DNA from: Iphione sp. A-MEVVRFRX5
Taxonomy: Eukaryota
Reading direction: 5' to 3'
DNA: 64,000 bases
Assembly: GCA_976226885.1 (NCBI GenBank)
Contig: OZ320316.1
Coordinates: forward strand, 89,032,001-89,096,000
Program-made: the position numbers and the translations under genes
The notes under the pieces: model-generated
What the model saw: the letters and a program-made list of their open reading frames with translations, nothing else
Database searches by the model: none
Told to the model about the DNA's origin: nothing
In this document: positions 37,621 through 50,420 of the stretch, piece by piece
Numbering within the stretch: position 1 is the stretch's first letter
Layout: each line of letters starts with the position of its first letter

Positions 37621-40600
37621 CCACAGAGCAGCCTGCACATACATATTCACTAGAAATCGTGACAGAGAGGGCCCGCCTCTAAATGTCGTCATTGTCACAC
37701 GAGATGCAATATTGTGACCTATCTTTATTCCATGGTCCGACAGCGCAACCAGTGCACAATTTGAAAGTGTAACTTCAAATTTGAAACACATTTTCTTGAA
37801 TTGACATTGCCGTAGTTGCTGTCATTTTTATGTTAAACTGAAAGCCATACATAGTGTTTTCTCAGAATTTACAGTTTACTAGAAGAAATATGCACAGACC
37901 TTTTACCGAAGTTTAGTTTACAAATGGAGAGGGGCAGTTTTTTTGGAACGTCTACATTTGGTGATCGGGACATTGGTCTTGATCTTGATAACGTTCGTAA
38001 AATGACGGATCTTGCGTCTGGGAAATGTGGGCACCGTCACCAAAAGTGATGGTCTACATTATATACCAGGGGAGAAAACGGACTATGTACAGTCAAAAGA
38101 TAATGAAAAGTATATGTGTTACAAAAAGGGCAACATGGGCTTAATAGCCAGTATCTCAATCTGCCAGGCTTTGTTTATGTGACCTTTTAGTACGTATGGC
38201 CAATTCCTTTAAACCTGAATATTTTATATTCTATCTTGATTACTCACGAGATAGTAAACAGGGTGTGCTTTTACGGACAAAGATGAATTTGAGCTCAAAG
38301 AGAAACTTGATAAAATCTTATAATGCCGTGTGATTTATCCTTGATTGAAGCCACAGGGACTGGGGTGAATGCTATTGTAATATTGAATTACTCCAAATGT
38401 TCAGTTGATAAGATATAATCACCTATACTCTATGTCTTAAATTACACTTTTACTGAGAAATACAAATGCTCTCTTTTCCCAGGAACAACATCACACAGTA
38501 AATAGTTCATTTCAATAATCGTGGGAAGTGAGCCCACAACCCCACAACGCAGTCCATCATATACTCACCATTGTTTTCATGGAACGTGCCAGGCATCGTT
38601 TACAATGAAACGAGAGCCCGAGCAAGATATTTTCATAACCAAATGGATGGAAAAGCCAATAATGTTTTTCTCTCAAATAAAAGAAGGGCAGTGCACAGTT
38701 TCCTATTATCTCTCAGGAACTCATTTTACTTTTTTTAAGATTTGGGAATGCCGCATCTGTCGACAACCACGAAAAGATGCGATCCATTATGCACGGACAA
38801 TATTTTCTCATGTAAATTCTTTCCTGCCATAGTTGTTTTGAGGACCAAATGACCCTGCCGTTAATGGAATCTATATTTCGATCGTAATATAAACAGTGTC
38901 AGGAAGGTTCAGTCACAATGTCTCTGTAGGCTTCTGTTTCCGGAATAAAAAAACGTCCCATTTACAGTTGCCTTAAACGTAGCATGCGCATGCATTATGT
39001 TTACATAAACTAGGGATGGAGGGACACTTTCTGAAAAGCAGACCAGCTTGATTTTGTGATGTATGCATTTAAATATCTATGAGGGAAGCAGTTGAAAATG
39101 TTTGGGAATACAGCGATTCCTTTGTCAGATGAGATCAGGATATTATCAATATCTCACAGAGACAGATACGTGCCTATGTATCCAACCCTTTCCGATTAAA
39201 AACGCTAGAAGCATATCTCTGCAAAGTTGTGCGCAGAACCCCATTCGAAATGAAGTATTGTTAGTTTTTTTCAGATAGAAAGGTGCACAGTAAGCTGAGG
39301 TTGCAAGGGAGCGATTTTACAGCAAAGTCACATTAAAAAAGATAAAGTTTCAGTCTCCCTGGGATCACAATGTAATGTAAGTACAGTTTACACAACAACA
39401 AGTTGAACAAATCAGATATCCAGTTCTCAGCCATATACATGTATGTGTCTAAATGGGCAAAAGGGGAATAGAGCGGATCTTTTACTGAGACAGGCTAGAC
39501 ACTCAGTGGAAACGGATGTGGATATCAACTTAAAAAAAAGAGTAGTCTAGCTTTCAACCGCCCACACATGTTCGACCGCTTGGCAGTGGGTCCAGCAATA
39601 AAAGGCTCATTAAATTGAAGACGTATATTACTGTAAAGGGTCATTAAGCTTACTAGAACGGTGGGAAGTCAATAAATAATAGAAAATGCGAAGGAACAAA
39701 AGATGCCAAGGAACCAGATGGCCAAAGTGACGGTATTTATGTTAAACGTGTATAGACTGCTCCTGGTATCCTTGATACTTTTGATAGCAAAAATCTCATC
39801 TAATCATCAGGTTTCATCCGTGCATCCATCTTTGCGTCCAAGTCCACCGATTTATGTCATCCTCATTTTTTTGCTAAGATTTAGCCATATCCGAAAGACC
39901 TTCAAACGACCACGGCTCCTCGTTCAATGCATCCGTCTATCTCCCGTCTTGCCTATAGCTATTATAGAAGAGGATGGGCGGGGAACATTGATTCCTATTG
40001 TGGACACTCCTAGGGAGTGGAGAAGCTTCACGAAATTACCAGTCACAGTAAAATGGCATTCACGAAGCCAAGATATGAGCACGCACTCGTATATATGTAT
40101 ACAAAGTGTACTATGCGTTAATCTCCGGGGTCATGTTTTTCTACTAAAAATCAAAGGTAAATTTCATATTTTGAATCTTTTTTTGCTATGGCTGGGTCTA
40201 GGGGGTATCAGGAATATGTCCTGAATATCTTTTAGCATAATAAGATAATTCCTTCCTGTAGTTTTCAATAGTCCCGGAGATTACAGCTGGTACATTTTTG
40301 GTGGAATAATACGTCATTCGTTTACTGCAAGTGTACATCATTTTACTTGCCCATGCTGCTGGTAGAGATGTCAAGACATGCCGTTCCTACATGCAACATT
40401 AATACGAACATGCATAAACGCTGAGAACGAGTGACAAATATAAATGTATACGAGTCTAATGTACATCAAACGCCTTTCTAAATGCTCCATTATTAGCTTC
40501 TCACGTGGAAAGAACGGCAAGATCTATTTATTTTTCTCCATGCGTCTCCAGATTAAAGCCTGGTTGGCTGCCAGCGGGACCTATATATTACAATGTGATG

Positions 40601-41275
40601 TATACATTGTCTTCTACACAAGTTTTATATCCCTTCATGATGCCGCTCTTCCAATTTTATCACGTAATCACGTAAATCTAGTTATATGACAGAAGCTAAA
40701 TGGCGTTTATGAAGTGATCTCCCAGGGACAAGTTCTATGTTCTTAAAGGAATAACTTCTTTATTTCTTTCTAATTTATATCTTTTGGAATATTATGATAG
40801 TAGAACACACTAAACTCCGACACAAATGTTGAACTTTTATTCAATGAATCCCAACGTTTTGTGCAGTAGGTCTGCCTTCATCAGGGGTCGTTTGGAATTG
40901 TTAGATATAACTGAGCAACTTACTGTCCGTCAACCTCGTCTCCTAGAAATAAGAATATCATATGCTTGGCAACTTTCTTACAATTTCTTAATTTCCTAAT
41001 TGATGCACCAATGCACCCCTAACTAATAGTATAATGAGACATTTTTAACTACTCGCCCTTACTATGGTAGTAAAGTTATGCTCTACTGGCCCTGAATGAG
41101 ATCTGTGTGTATGTTAACATTCGCCCTAAATATCATGTTAACATTGACAGCTAATTGGTTGCACAGAATAAAATCTAAATTCTTTTGTGTATGTCGTTAG
41201 GTGAGGGCTTGTCTACAAAACTTTATTTTCCATATTGAATAAGCCTGAATATGGGTAGCGAGTTAGATCATGGGT

Positions 41276-41560
41276 GGGGAGTTAGCTCAGTGGTAGAGCA
41301 TTTGTCCACTCAGAGGTCACAGGTTCAATCCCAGGCTTGGGACTCTTGATCATGACCAGACAGATTTACTATAGCCCCAATCTAGAGTGGTCGACAACTC
41401 GTAAAAGTCTGTGGGTGTATAGGATTCTGTCCACTATGTAAAAAAATCCCAGAAACCTATTCAAAATAAGAATAAGTGACACCCTCAGCTACTCTGTCTC
41501 TCAATTCTCAATAATAGATGGTAGTGTGCCACCCCAGGAGGATATGGAAGAGTCCTGTCA
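41276..41560 (+). mobile_element. tRNA-derived SINE, diverged
   Basis: Pol III A box TAGCTCAGTGG (41283) and B box GGTTCAATCC (41322), with a shortened anticodon region. The non-tRNA body (GTAAAAAAATCCCAG...CTATTC...GTGACACCC) loosely recalls the Nin/Deu SINE core, by recall and not by alignment. The 3' end is approximate. Confidence 0.65.
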
Positions 41561-44500
41561 TATGATAGGTGAATATCTAGTTCCTGGTAAAAGATACAAA
41601 CGAAATTAAATAGATCACACAGAACACACAATTGTAGATCATGCACAAATTTTGGCTTTATTCAGAAAAAAACATTTTCAATCTTAATGAGGATTGTTAC
41701 CAAATACATTCCAAACAATGGGTGACCAAGATGCATCTAGTCTGTATCGATGTCAATATCCAAATAAATTCCTTATTTGGTACATAATATGAGGATTATT
41801 CCACGGATTATAATCTATTTCCGCGAAGAGTAGGTATGGAAAGCTGTTTCCATCACTATCAAAATTATGAAAGATGTGCAAAAAACGCCAAGGATAGAAG
41901 AAAGAAATCACCATGGGTATAACATGTACATTGCATAACCTTACAGTTTATATTCCCCCTCTATGCATAAAACTAATATAATCCCTGAGTAAATACAGCT
42001 TTCTATTCTGTGGTATATTCACGGCCCAATAATGTCTTGATTTTTGGCACTTTCTTCTCAAGCACCCTGCTAATTCAGCGAAAGCCTTCGTGTCGATGAT
42101 ACGTTTTTCAAAGCACCCGTTGCAAGAGGCGTCAGAAGGAGGCCATTTGTAGCTGGTTTATGAGCAGCCAGCCTTCAGGCTGAGGTCCGACCTCAACCCA
42201 ACAATGGTGCCAGCATGTCAACCAGCCTGCAATAACAGTATGACCGGCTGCATTAGCCACGGCTGGGGCGTATGCGTGTCTTTATTACAAATGATCTATA
42301 GCTGACATTGGCTGCCTCGATGCACAGCAGTTCGCAATGAGCGGGCCGGATGCGGCGTGTACGTAGACAGCTACCATCAACTACATTATTAGCGGGCACC
42401 CTAGCGGCGCCGCCTCTGTTTCAGGCGACCCACCAAAGATCAAGGATCCGTGCATCAATCACACCCCTTAGATCGTCGCTTCCTGCACACGCGACCGCCT
42501 CGCGACAAGCCATAACTGTCCTGCAAAGGACAGTGGACGGAGCTATTAAACACCTCAGGCAGGAAAAGACACGCTGCAACGAAGGTAATATATTGTGCAT
42601 GAGGACCGGCCTCATGCCGAAAGGATGCTGGCGGGATTTAGGCAGTACAGCGTGCGACGCCTGGAGGTGCTCATCGTTATGTCCTCCATCAGGCTGGTGA
42701 TCTGCACCGCCCGACAACATTAGAGGGACGTTCTCCGCCGCTCGTGGAAAGCTGCAGTAGCAGCTTGGCCGTGCAGCCCATTATATCGTGGTCGACAATA
42801 ATTAGCTTTGCTGGCCTTCATTCATGTTTATGAGCACGCCCTGTCTTGTTCGGGACCGCCTTCCACTATTCAAACATGCAGCGACAGCAATACAGCTTCT
42901 GTATCGGGCTTCGACCCACAAGACGTATCAGTTTAAGGACATCCAGATACCAAATGCAAGGCATGCCTTCTGGCTTGTTAGAATTATCACCATAGACGCA
43001 CGAATACGTTTTGGACATGATATGATGAATTGCTTTGTTTATTGAACGAAAAAAAAAAGTTGCTAACGTCTCAACGGACCTTTCTCCATTGGCATCCATA
43101 TTTATAGATGCAGTCACGTGACCTATCAGTCACACCACTCAGCAGGTAGGGGTGAAGCGCCAATCAAAACTACATACAAATCCATACAGTCGAATACACT
43201 AGAGAAACTGTTTCGTTCAGAATCTACTTCGGCACAGCAGGCATATGCCCTCCAATATGACAATTTAGTCTGTGAATAACTCATAAGGTTCAGTAAGTCT
43301 TGATTGACTGCAGTCATCTACGCGTAGGAAGAAACCGTGCTTGTTAATATTTATCTTTTCTCAGTCGTACACAGACGTTTACTCCATCTTTAAGAACTAA
43401 GTATAGCTTAGAGTCCCCCCTAAAACACGATCTAACTCCTCTGCACTTGATTTATCTCGAAAGGACGGTTGGCCATATTTCTTGCCGTGCACTAAGCCCT
43501 TCCCCAGCTGATCGAGAAGGTGTGGAACAGCAGGAATCTATTTGAATAGGATTTAATAATGCATCATGATAATGTGGAAGGTAGTCATCCTGTTTTCGAC
43601 TAAGGACCAACCAATATTATCCACGGTAAATGGCAACCTTTAGAAAGAGTCGGTCCCAATGTCAATCAACTGTCCTTCTGTCAATAGTTAAATTCGCCTT
43701 TGTCTAGCAACCCCACAAGTATGATTGCCATGGACATTCAGTTCCCATGCATAATATTTGCGCAGGGGATTCGCATTATTGACCTGACACAAATCTCCGT
43801 TTTCGTGGACCTCCCACACATGATCCTCTTTATAAAGGGAAGAAGATGCAAACCATCCCAGGCCCTGTCGCATTCAAAAGTTGGCCATATATTCGGATCC
43901 CAAAACTAAACACACCGTTTCGTTATTGATTTGGGTTCCATCTGATCAAAATGAATTGATTTTCTACTTCAAGCTGGACTAATACACGACTCAGTGACTG
44001 TTTACAATGCAAAGGTACCTGGCTGCGTTATATAGAACAATTTTTCTATCGTGTCTACACAAGTAACTAAATGCATGTTTTTCTCATGATATGTTGTTCT
44101 TGGGCGATTTTCTACAACGCTGTGGACCAAGCAAAGGTTACTTGGACGGCCATAGTAGCACACTTCTGAGATCCCTTCTGTGGGCCTGTATACATGCGCT
44201 GCAGCTCTCTACTCTACAATAGAATTTCTAAAAGCGTTCAAGCCTATTTAAGTTTTATGTCTCCATCTTAATGCCTTGGTTATTTGCAACTCTATATGAA
44301 AAGGCCTCGGTGCGATTTACCATTGCTAATTCGTCAATAAAATGGCACCAGCGGGAATTTTCTGCTTGCCTCTGCGAAGATGTCCACATTTATAATTGGG
44401 TTTTATGTGACAGTCGTCTATAACCCCAGCCTCTTTGGCAGTCACTCTCCTGCAATTCTCGTGAATATGTATCTTCAGTAATGGCTCTGGGATTACACTC

Positions 44501-46139
44501 GCATCATTATAGTTACTTTATACGACATACTAGCATGTGGAAGACAATAAGCGCGGGACCTATGACCCTGGTTTTGATAATGCAGTACCGAATAGTCAGA
44601 GTTAGCGTTTGGGGTGAGCGCTTACTTTATTTTAGATGAACGATACGCTGTGGGATTGTTACAAGCACATAGTAGAAGTGACGAGGGGAATCAACAAATA
44701 CTCACAATCGGAACCTTCTGCTGTTTTATACTGAGATTATTTATGGATGTTGTTGCATTTATTTGATAAAGAATCCGTCCGGTATCGACCGCTTTGGTTT
44801 CTTTCGGGAATATGGACAGGCTCCGCTTCGACTCAGCAGATACGACGAGCAAAAAAGTCTGGCCGGTATAGGAATCGCAGCAAAGTCTGTCGATCAATGT
44901 GCCGGGCCTGCGCCACGCTCCCTGCGGTTGGCTAAAAACGAATACAAATTAAATTCTCCCTCGATAAATGTATTTTCAGCAGGCGGAAAGACCATTGCCA
45001 TCGACAAGCCAGAGGCAAGGTCCTTTGAATTAAAGGTGCATTTCATTAGATCACGTACCGTTCTATACCGCCAAGCAATAAAAACAATTTCGGTGCAATC
45101 TGCATAGAAATTTGTTAATGTTTGCTGATGTGCGGAAACTTTTGAAACATTTAATCAGACAGCATCTCAACGCAAAATTGGCTCTTGGGGTCCATATAAT
45201 CTCGAAACGTTTGTATAATTATCCGTACTATGAAGGGAAGGATAAAACAAGATGCAAGTAGAAAATTAATTTCCCTCTGACCTATCAGCACTGTGTTCCT
45301 TAGTTCCTCAGAGCAAATGTGTATCACGAACTCCAATGCCACCTGGCAGGACCTATTCGCACTTGTTTTATCTGATAAGTTGTAGTTGTAGTTTTATGAA
45401 ATGTCGATGCGTTCGTAATGAGAAAGGTCCGTTTTTAAACTTACAGATTGAGCAATAACATAAAATGGAATATCAACTGCAACGAATCGCCTTCAAGACA
45501 TGAAGACAACAATTTCATTCCATGTGCGTTTTGATCGATATCATAAATGAAACCCGACCCCTCTCTGGGTAGACTGCATATTGTCCTCCACTTGGTTTGA
45601 TCTTATAAAATATTTCCCGGCGATATATCCTTCCTAAATCATCCATGCTGTCTACTAGAAGGGATATAGGGCATTGAGTGACTATAGAACTCATAAAGAG
45701 ATGAAAGTTGAGATGAAAGAGCAAGTTGCAGTTTCTCGGTGATAGGCCAACTGTACTTGTAGTATATTCCTGGTGTGCATACTTTGCCACTGAAGGAAAT
45801 GCCCCTATTACTGTAGTTTGTAGCGGTGTATATTTTTGTTATTAAATGACTACACAGGAAACACAGATTGGGTTGACAAACACAATTAGGATTTATTTAA
45901 AAAAAAAGAAATTTCAATCTGAATGATGGTTGATACAGCCAAGCATTCCAACATATACAGGACATCACAGGGTTATCTAGGTGAGTGCATACAACAGGTA
46001 TCGTCATCATAACAATACCCCTATAAACCCCTAATATGGTATATTGAATGACTACACAGGAAACGTGGATTGGTTTGACACACACGATCAGGCCAACCCA
46101 AGAGAAAAAGAAAAAAGGTTATCCTGCTTCATCTGCTGA

Positions 46140-46950
46140 GGCTCAGACTGCTTTATGTACTTGAAAACAACAACACTTGTCCACCCCCCTTTCCTTAATG
46201 GAAGCCAGAGACATACCTAACCTCGCCATATGAGATCCCCCACCCCCATCCCCTCTTCTCAGAGAATGAGAAAGAAATTGTCCAACTAGTTTTGCCTGAC
46301 GACACAACAACCTGAGGCTCCCCTGAAAGGTTAAATTATCCAAAAACTTCAACTTGCCCGGGCAAACATAAGACAAGATAGGACAACTAGCATCACAACT
46401 GACCACTGAGAATAACCAGCTCAACCAAAAATATAGAATAGAATCTCTTGTTTTTACAACATGAAACCATAATAGTCCTAGGCTCCACCCGAAACTGGTC
46501 AGTCTTTGACTTCCGAACGACAATCTTGACACCTTCCGCCAAGAAATACACATCCTTACATCTGATGCCTGTAGAACTAGTTTATTGATTCTTCCTAAGC
46601 AGACATCTAAAACCTAACAACATGGCACACCAAAAACACACCAATAAATAGGATCAAAGTTAATGCATTTAAAAATTCTAAGCAAATCCTCCACAGAAAA
46701 GCCATCCACTGACAAAGAGGGATGACTATCCAACCTCCTACAGCCTGCTAAAATCAACCTAACAGTGTAGTCGATAACATCTGGAGATCCCTAATCGTAT
46801 GTCAAAAAGCCCAACCCACTCAATTAATTAGGGATAGAGCTTGACCTCAGCCTGAAGCTTAACAATGCACAGTATCTCCTCAATTGAAGCTTGCTACATG
46901 GAAAGGGATTCAGATGATAGGTATCACAAAAGCACAGATATGTCTCCTCT
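46140..46950 (-). pseudogene. Ngaro tyrosine recombinase, frameshifted
   Basis: YWCVFGAMLLGFRCLLRK (catalytic Arg region, ~46580-46640) and FLSHSLRRG...SHMARLGMSLASIKERG (HxxR box, ORF 46143-46553). Confidence 0.82.
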
Positions 46951-47516
46951 TGTCTCTTCCTTTTCCTCAGGGTGTTCGTTGAATAAGCCTTCACTCTCTA
47001 CAACATGACCTGTCTGTCCAGTCTCGATATCATCCATGAAAGGCATAAAACAGCCACTACACCAAGCCTGACTCAACCAATCTTTCCAGCTACCATCATC
47101 AACTTGAACAACATTACTCCAACAAGACAAAGTATCAGCAACAACTTTATCCTTGGTGTTCACGTAATCTGCCAAGACATGAATGTTGTAAACCATACAT
47201 GTCCAAAATATTTCTCTGATCCACCATAGACAAGTTCTATTCGAACTCCTGCCAGTACAGAGTATGTGCTTTACCTGCGTGTTGTCAACTATAAACAAGG
47301 CTGAACTATTCCTTCAAAGAATGCACCATTTTTTCAAGGACAACACTACAGGTCACAGCTCATAGATGTTGTGTCTTGTTGACCAACTTTGATTTTGGCT
47401 TATTCTCAAAGGGGCCACAGCTTAATGTCAACTGAGAATCATCCCAAAATCCCAGGAACCAATCTCTTCCGCAGAAACCGGCAAAACCCTTGCAATATGA
47501 ATCTGTATAGTATGTA

Positions 47517-48339
47517 CCCAGCCAGCACACAACGTTTTATAAACGTTTTATAACGTTTTTATTTGGTTACAACGTTTGCAACCATTTTACAACGTTTTAA
47601 GAATGTTTTTATTTGGTTACAACGTTTGCAACCACTTTACAACATTTTAAGAACGTTTTTATTTGGTTACAATGTTTGCAACCATTTTACAACATGTTAA
47701 GCATATACAGGCAGCACCTGGAGTGGTGTGGGGACAGGAGCCTGACCTAGTATCCAGGTGCACCTGCAGTAGTGTGAAGATGCCTGTGAGAGACAGGAAG
47801 ACAATGTAGCACCTGGAGTGGTATTGGGGCAACAAAAGGGCGACCAAGTATGCAGGTAGCACCTTCAGTGGTGTGAAGACGTCTGTGAGCGACAGGAGGG
47901 TGACCAAGTATCCAGGTAGCCTCTGGGGTGGTGTGAGGACGTCTGTGAGCGACAGGAGGGTGGCCAAGTATACAGGTAGCCCCTGGAGTGGTGTGAGGAC
48001 GTCTGTGAGCGACAGGAGGGCGACCAAGTATACAGGTAGCACCTGGAGAGGTGTGAGGACATGTAAGAGCCTCTGTGGAGCAGTGGATAGGAGTGCCAGA
48101 CTTACCATTGAAAGGTAAAGAACCCAGGTTCAAATCCACCTCAGACCTCCCACACTTTTTTTCAAAAATGTTCTTAAAAGGTTTTTTAAAAACGTTTTTA
48201 GAACGTTTTTCAAAAACATTCTAAAAACGTTTTCTTATCTGGTTAGGAAAACAGTATACAAACTTTCATTTACAATGTTTTAACAACGTTTTTTACAACG
48301 TTTATATAACGTTTTTAAAACGTTTCTGTGTTGGCTGGG
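47517..48339. mobile_element. CMC/EnSpm-like non-autonomous DNA element (MITE), 823 bp, inserted in the Ngaro RNase H
   Basis: TA|CCCAGCCAGCACACAACGTTTT ... AAAACGTTTCTGTGTTGGCTGGG|TA. Removing it plus one TA restores the frame DLKWW...WWSPGYTYYTDSYCKGF. It contains 50-bp x3 subterminal repeats (47561, 47611, 47661). Confidence 0.88.
47837..48060. repeat. 60-bp minisatellite x ~3.7 inside the MITE, with degenerate copies back to ~47710
   Basis: GTCTGTGAGCGACAGGAGGG..CCAAGTAT.CAGGTAGC recurs at 47881, 47941 and 48001. Confidence 0.95.
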
Positions 48340-49297
48340 TATATCCAGGACTCCACCACAAAATGATCTCTCCAATACCAGTGAATATTTTTGCAAATGA
48401 AGGCCACCATTTTAGATCATATCTCACCACCTCATTCACTCGACACTTCTTATTGTTTCTTGGAAGCTCCTCAACGAAGTCATATAACCTACGACTGAAG
48501 GTACATCCTCCACAATTTATCTTTCAACAGTGAGCTTAAAATCCAGACAACCTCGCTCCTTCTTTTCTGGTTATAAAACCACTGCTATTCACTTTCTCAA
48601 GTAGAGTCATGTTTTCAAGCTTTCCTTCTGGCAATCTCAATGACATGTCAACTGAATTGATATACCCAGATAAACACACTGCCTACTAGGCTCCGACACT
48701 TTCTTCCATTGCACTTCAAAACCCAGATTTTCAATAAGACCAATCAGATTATTTCTATTCTCCAAGCACTCATTATAGGATCTGCCCACAACCACAAAAT
48801 CATCCAGGTAATTCACTACATTTACTTCAAAAGCATGCTCAAATTCCTATGCTATGTAATTGGAAACCTGAGTAAATATGTAAGAAGCGCAACGTAAGCT
48901 ATGGGTTAGAGTATTACTAAAAAGAAATTTTTTCTGCCCCTCAACCTCCCAAGAGACCTTGATATTGTCTACAATCTGGATCAACTGACACTGAATGGTA
49001 AGCGTTACTTAAATCAAAAAGGAACAGACGTCATTTACAGCTTTGTAAGAAAACTCCTCAAACAAACCCGCCATATAGTTATTTATCAAAATCCCTATAG
49101 GTCTCGAACAATAAGTTATAGGGTGAAGAGAATCATCACTTTTCGGAACCCCCCCCATAGACTGAACACACAGGGGCATAGTCTCAGTATAACAAATAAA
49201 GCCCAAGGTTAACTCTTTTTCAATCTTACTTGACATCTCCTTCTTAAACCTTTCAGTCTCTAGAGATTTGTAATTTCTACAGAACTTTGAGTGACTA

Positions 49298-50420
49298 TCA
49301 TTTACAATCTTGAACCCTGAGTCCTACATACAATGGCATATCAACAACCTCAGCAGGGTTAGTAGCAATATCTTGCTTTTGAATAGAACAAATGTCAACA
49401 ATCATCCACTTAACGTCATCACTGTGGTGATTCTCAAAGTAACATTTCAGCCCTGAAACAAATTCATCATCAATGGCAACACAGCTAATCTTGCTCTCCA
49501 ACCTGGTATAATCTTGAAAAGAGAAAACATCATAGCCACTGTCTGTTTCAGGGCAATGACAGAAGCCTTGTTCTAGGCACTTCCTGTTCTGCTTCAAGTC
49601 CTTGGATTTGTCGGCATTGTTAATATTTGAAGGGTACTCATAAGCTTTATGATCAGAGATTCCACAGACTAAGCAGGCATGTTTGAAATTACACCCGTTG
49701 TCATGACAGGTGCCATTATTGTAGCGATAACACACCTTCACCGATTTCTTAGCAAAATCACCTGAATGTTTCAACTTTGATCTCTGGTGTCCCTCTCGAC
49801 TGCCACCACTAACACTCTGGGTCATCATGTCAAATGAAAAGTGACTACAACTTAGATCATCATCACCAAAACCAAAATGACCAATACCTTTCCTCTGCTT
49901 TCCTACACAGTTCACGATCATATTCGATGAATGATGTATCCTTATACATGTTTTTCAGGCATAAACAGGATGTGATCCAAGTAATGGGAAACACAAGCAC
50001 CCTTCTTGAGGTGGGACTGCACAAAACTTTATTGAACAAAACATCAACTCATCAAAATTACCAATTGTTTTTTAATTTGGCAGCCGAGGAGACATTAAAG
50101 TCCTTCTTCTTATCCTTCGACCTCTTTTTTTTGGATTTATCATCATCCTCACTATCAGAGGATACGAAAGACGAACTCTTGCTCATACTAGACGAGATGT
50201 TAACATCCGCCTCCTTGCTAACTGCATCATTCGGCCGCTCCTTCGACAATGTTGATCTTTCCTCACCCTTAAAAGTAACATTTCTTTAAATTGGCCTATC
50301 CTGGAAGACAATTCCCTGATATCACCATTACTAGGCCCTTTAACAGGGTCAGCACCAATCGATGTGCTAAAAGAAAATTCACTATCTTTCGACTCAGTGG
50401 CCAAAACATGGCCATCCGCT
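49298..50420 (-). pseudogene. Ngaro gag-like ORF, frameshifted
   Basis: CYRYNNGTCHDNGCNFKHACLVCGISDH (CCCH-type Cys/His motif typical of DIRS/Ngaro gag) in ORF 49298-49921. Ser/Asp/Lys-rich N-terminal pieces in ORFs 50058-50249 and 50183-50404. Confidence 0.78.

Larger units (their letters stand above)
46960..49300 (-). pseudogene. Ngaro reverse transcriptase/RNase H, many stops, interrupted by a MITE
   Basis: SMGGVPKSDDSLHPITYCSRP (49009-49236), VVNYLDDFVVVG (~48790-48820), DMSLRLPEGKL, YDLKWW, YTDS.CKGF, and DNTQVKHILCTGRS...VVADTLS (46924-47298). Confidence 0.85.

Noticed and set aside
39703-40224. 173-aa plus-strand ORF
   Set aside because: No recognisable motifs, splice context or partner exons. 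Treated as probably chance; BLASTp or RNA-seq could rescue it.
41276-41345. Functional tRNA gene
   Set aside because: The anticodon arm is shortened, the acceptor stem does not close, and it continues into a SINE-like body.
43540-43910. Protein-looking minus-strand frame with a few stops
   Set aside because: Stop density is not clearly below chance and no homologous family is recognisable.
47659-48139. Repetitive ORFs of 65-149 aa
   Set aside because: Artefacts of the 60-bp minisatellite inside the MITE.
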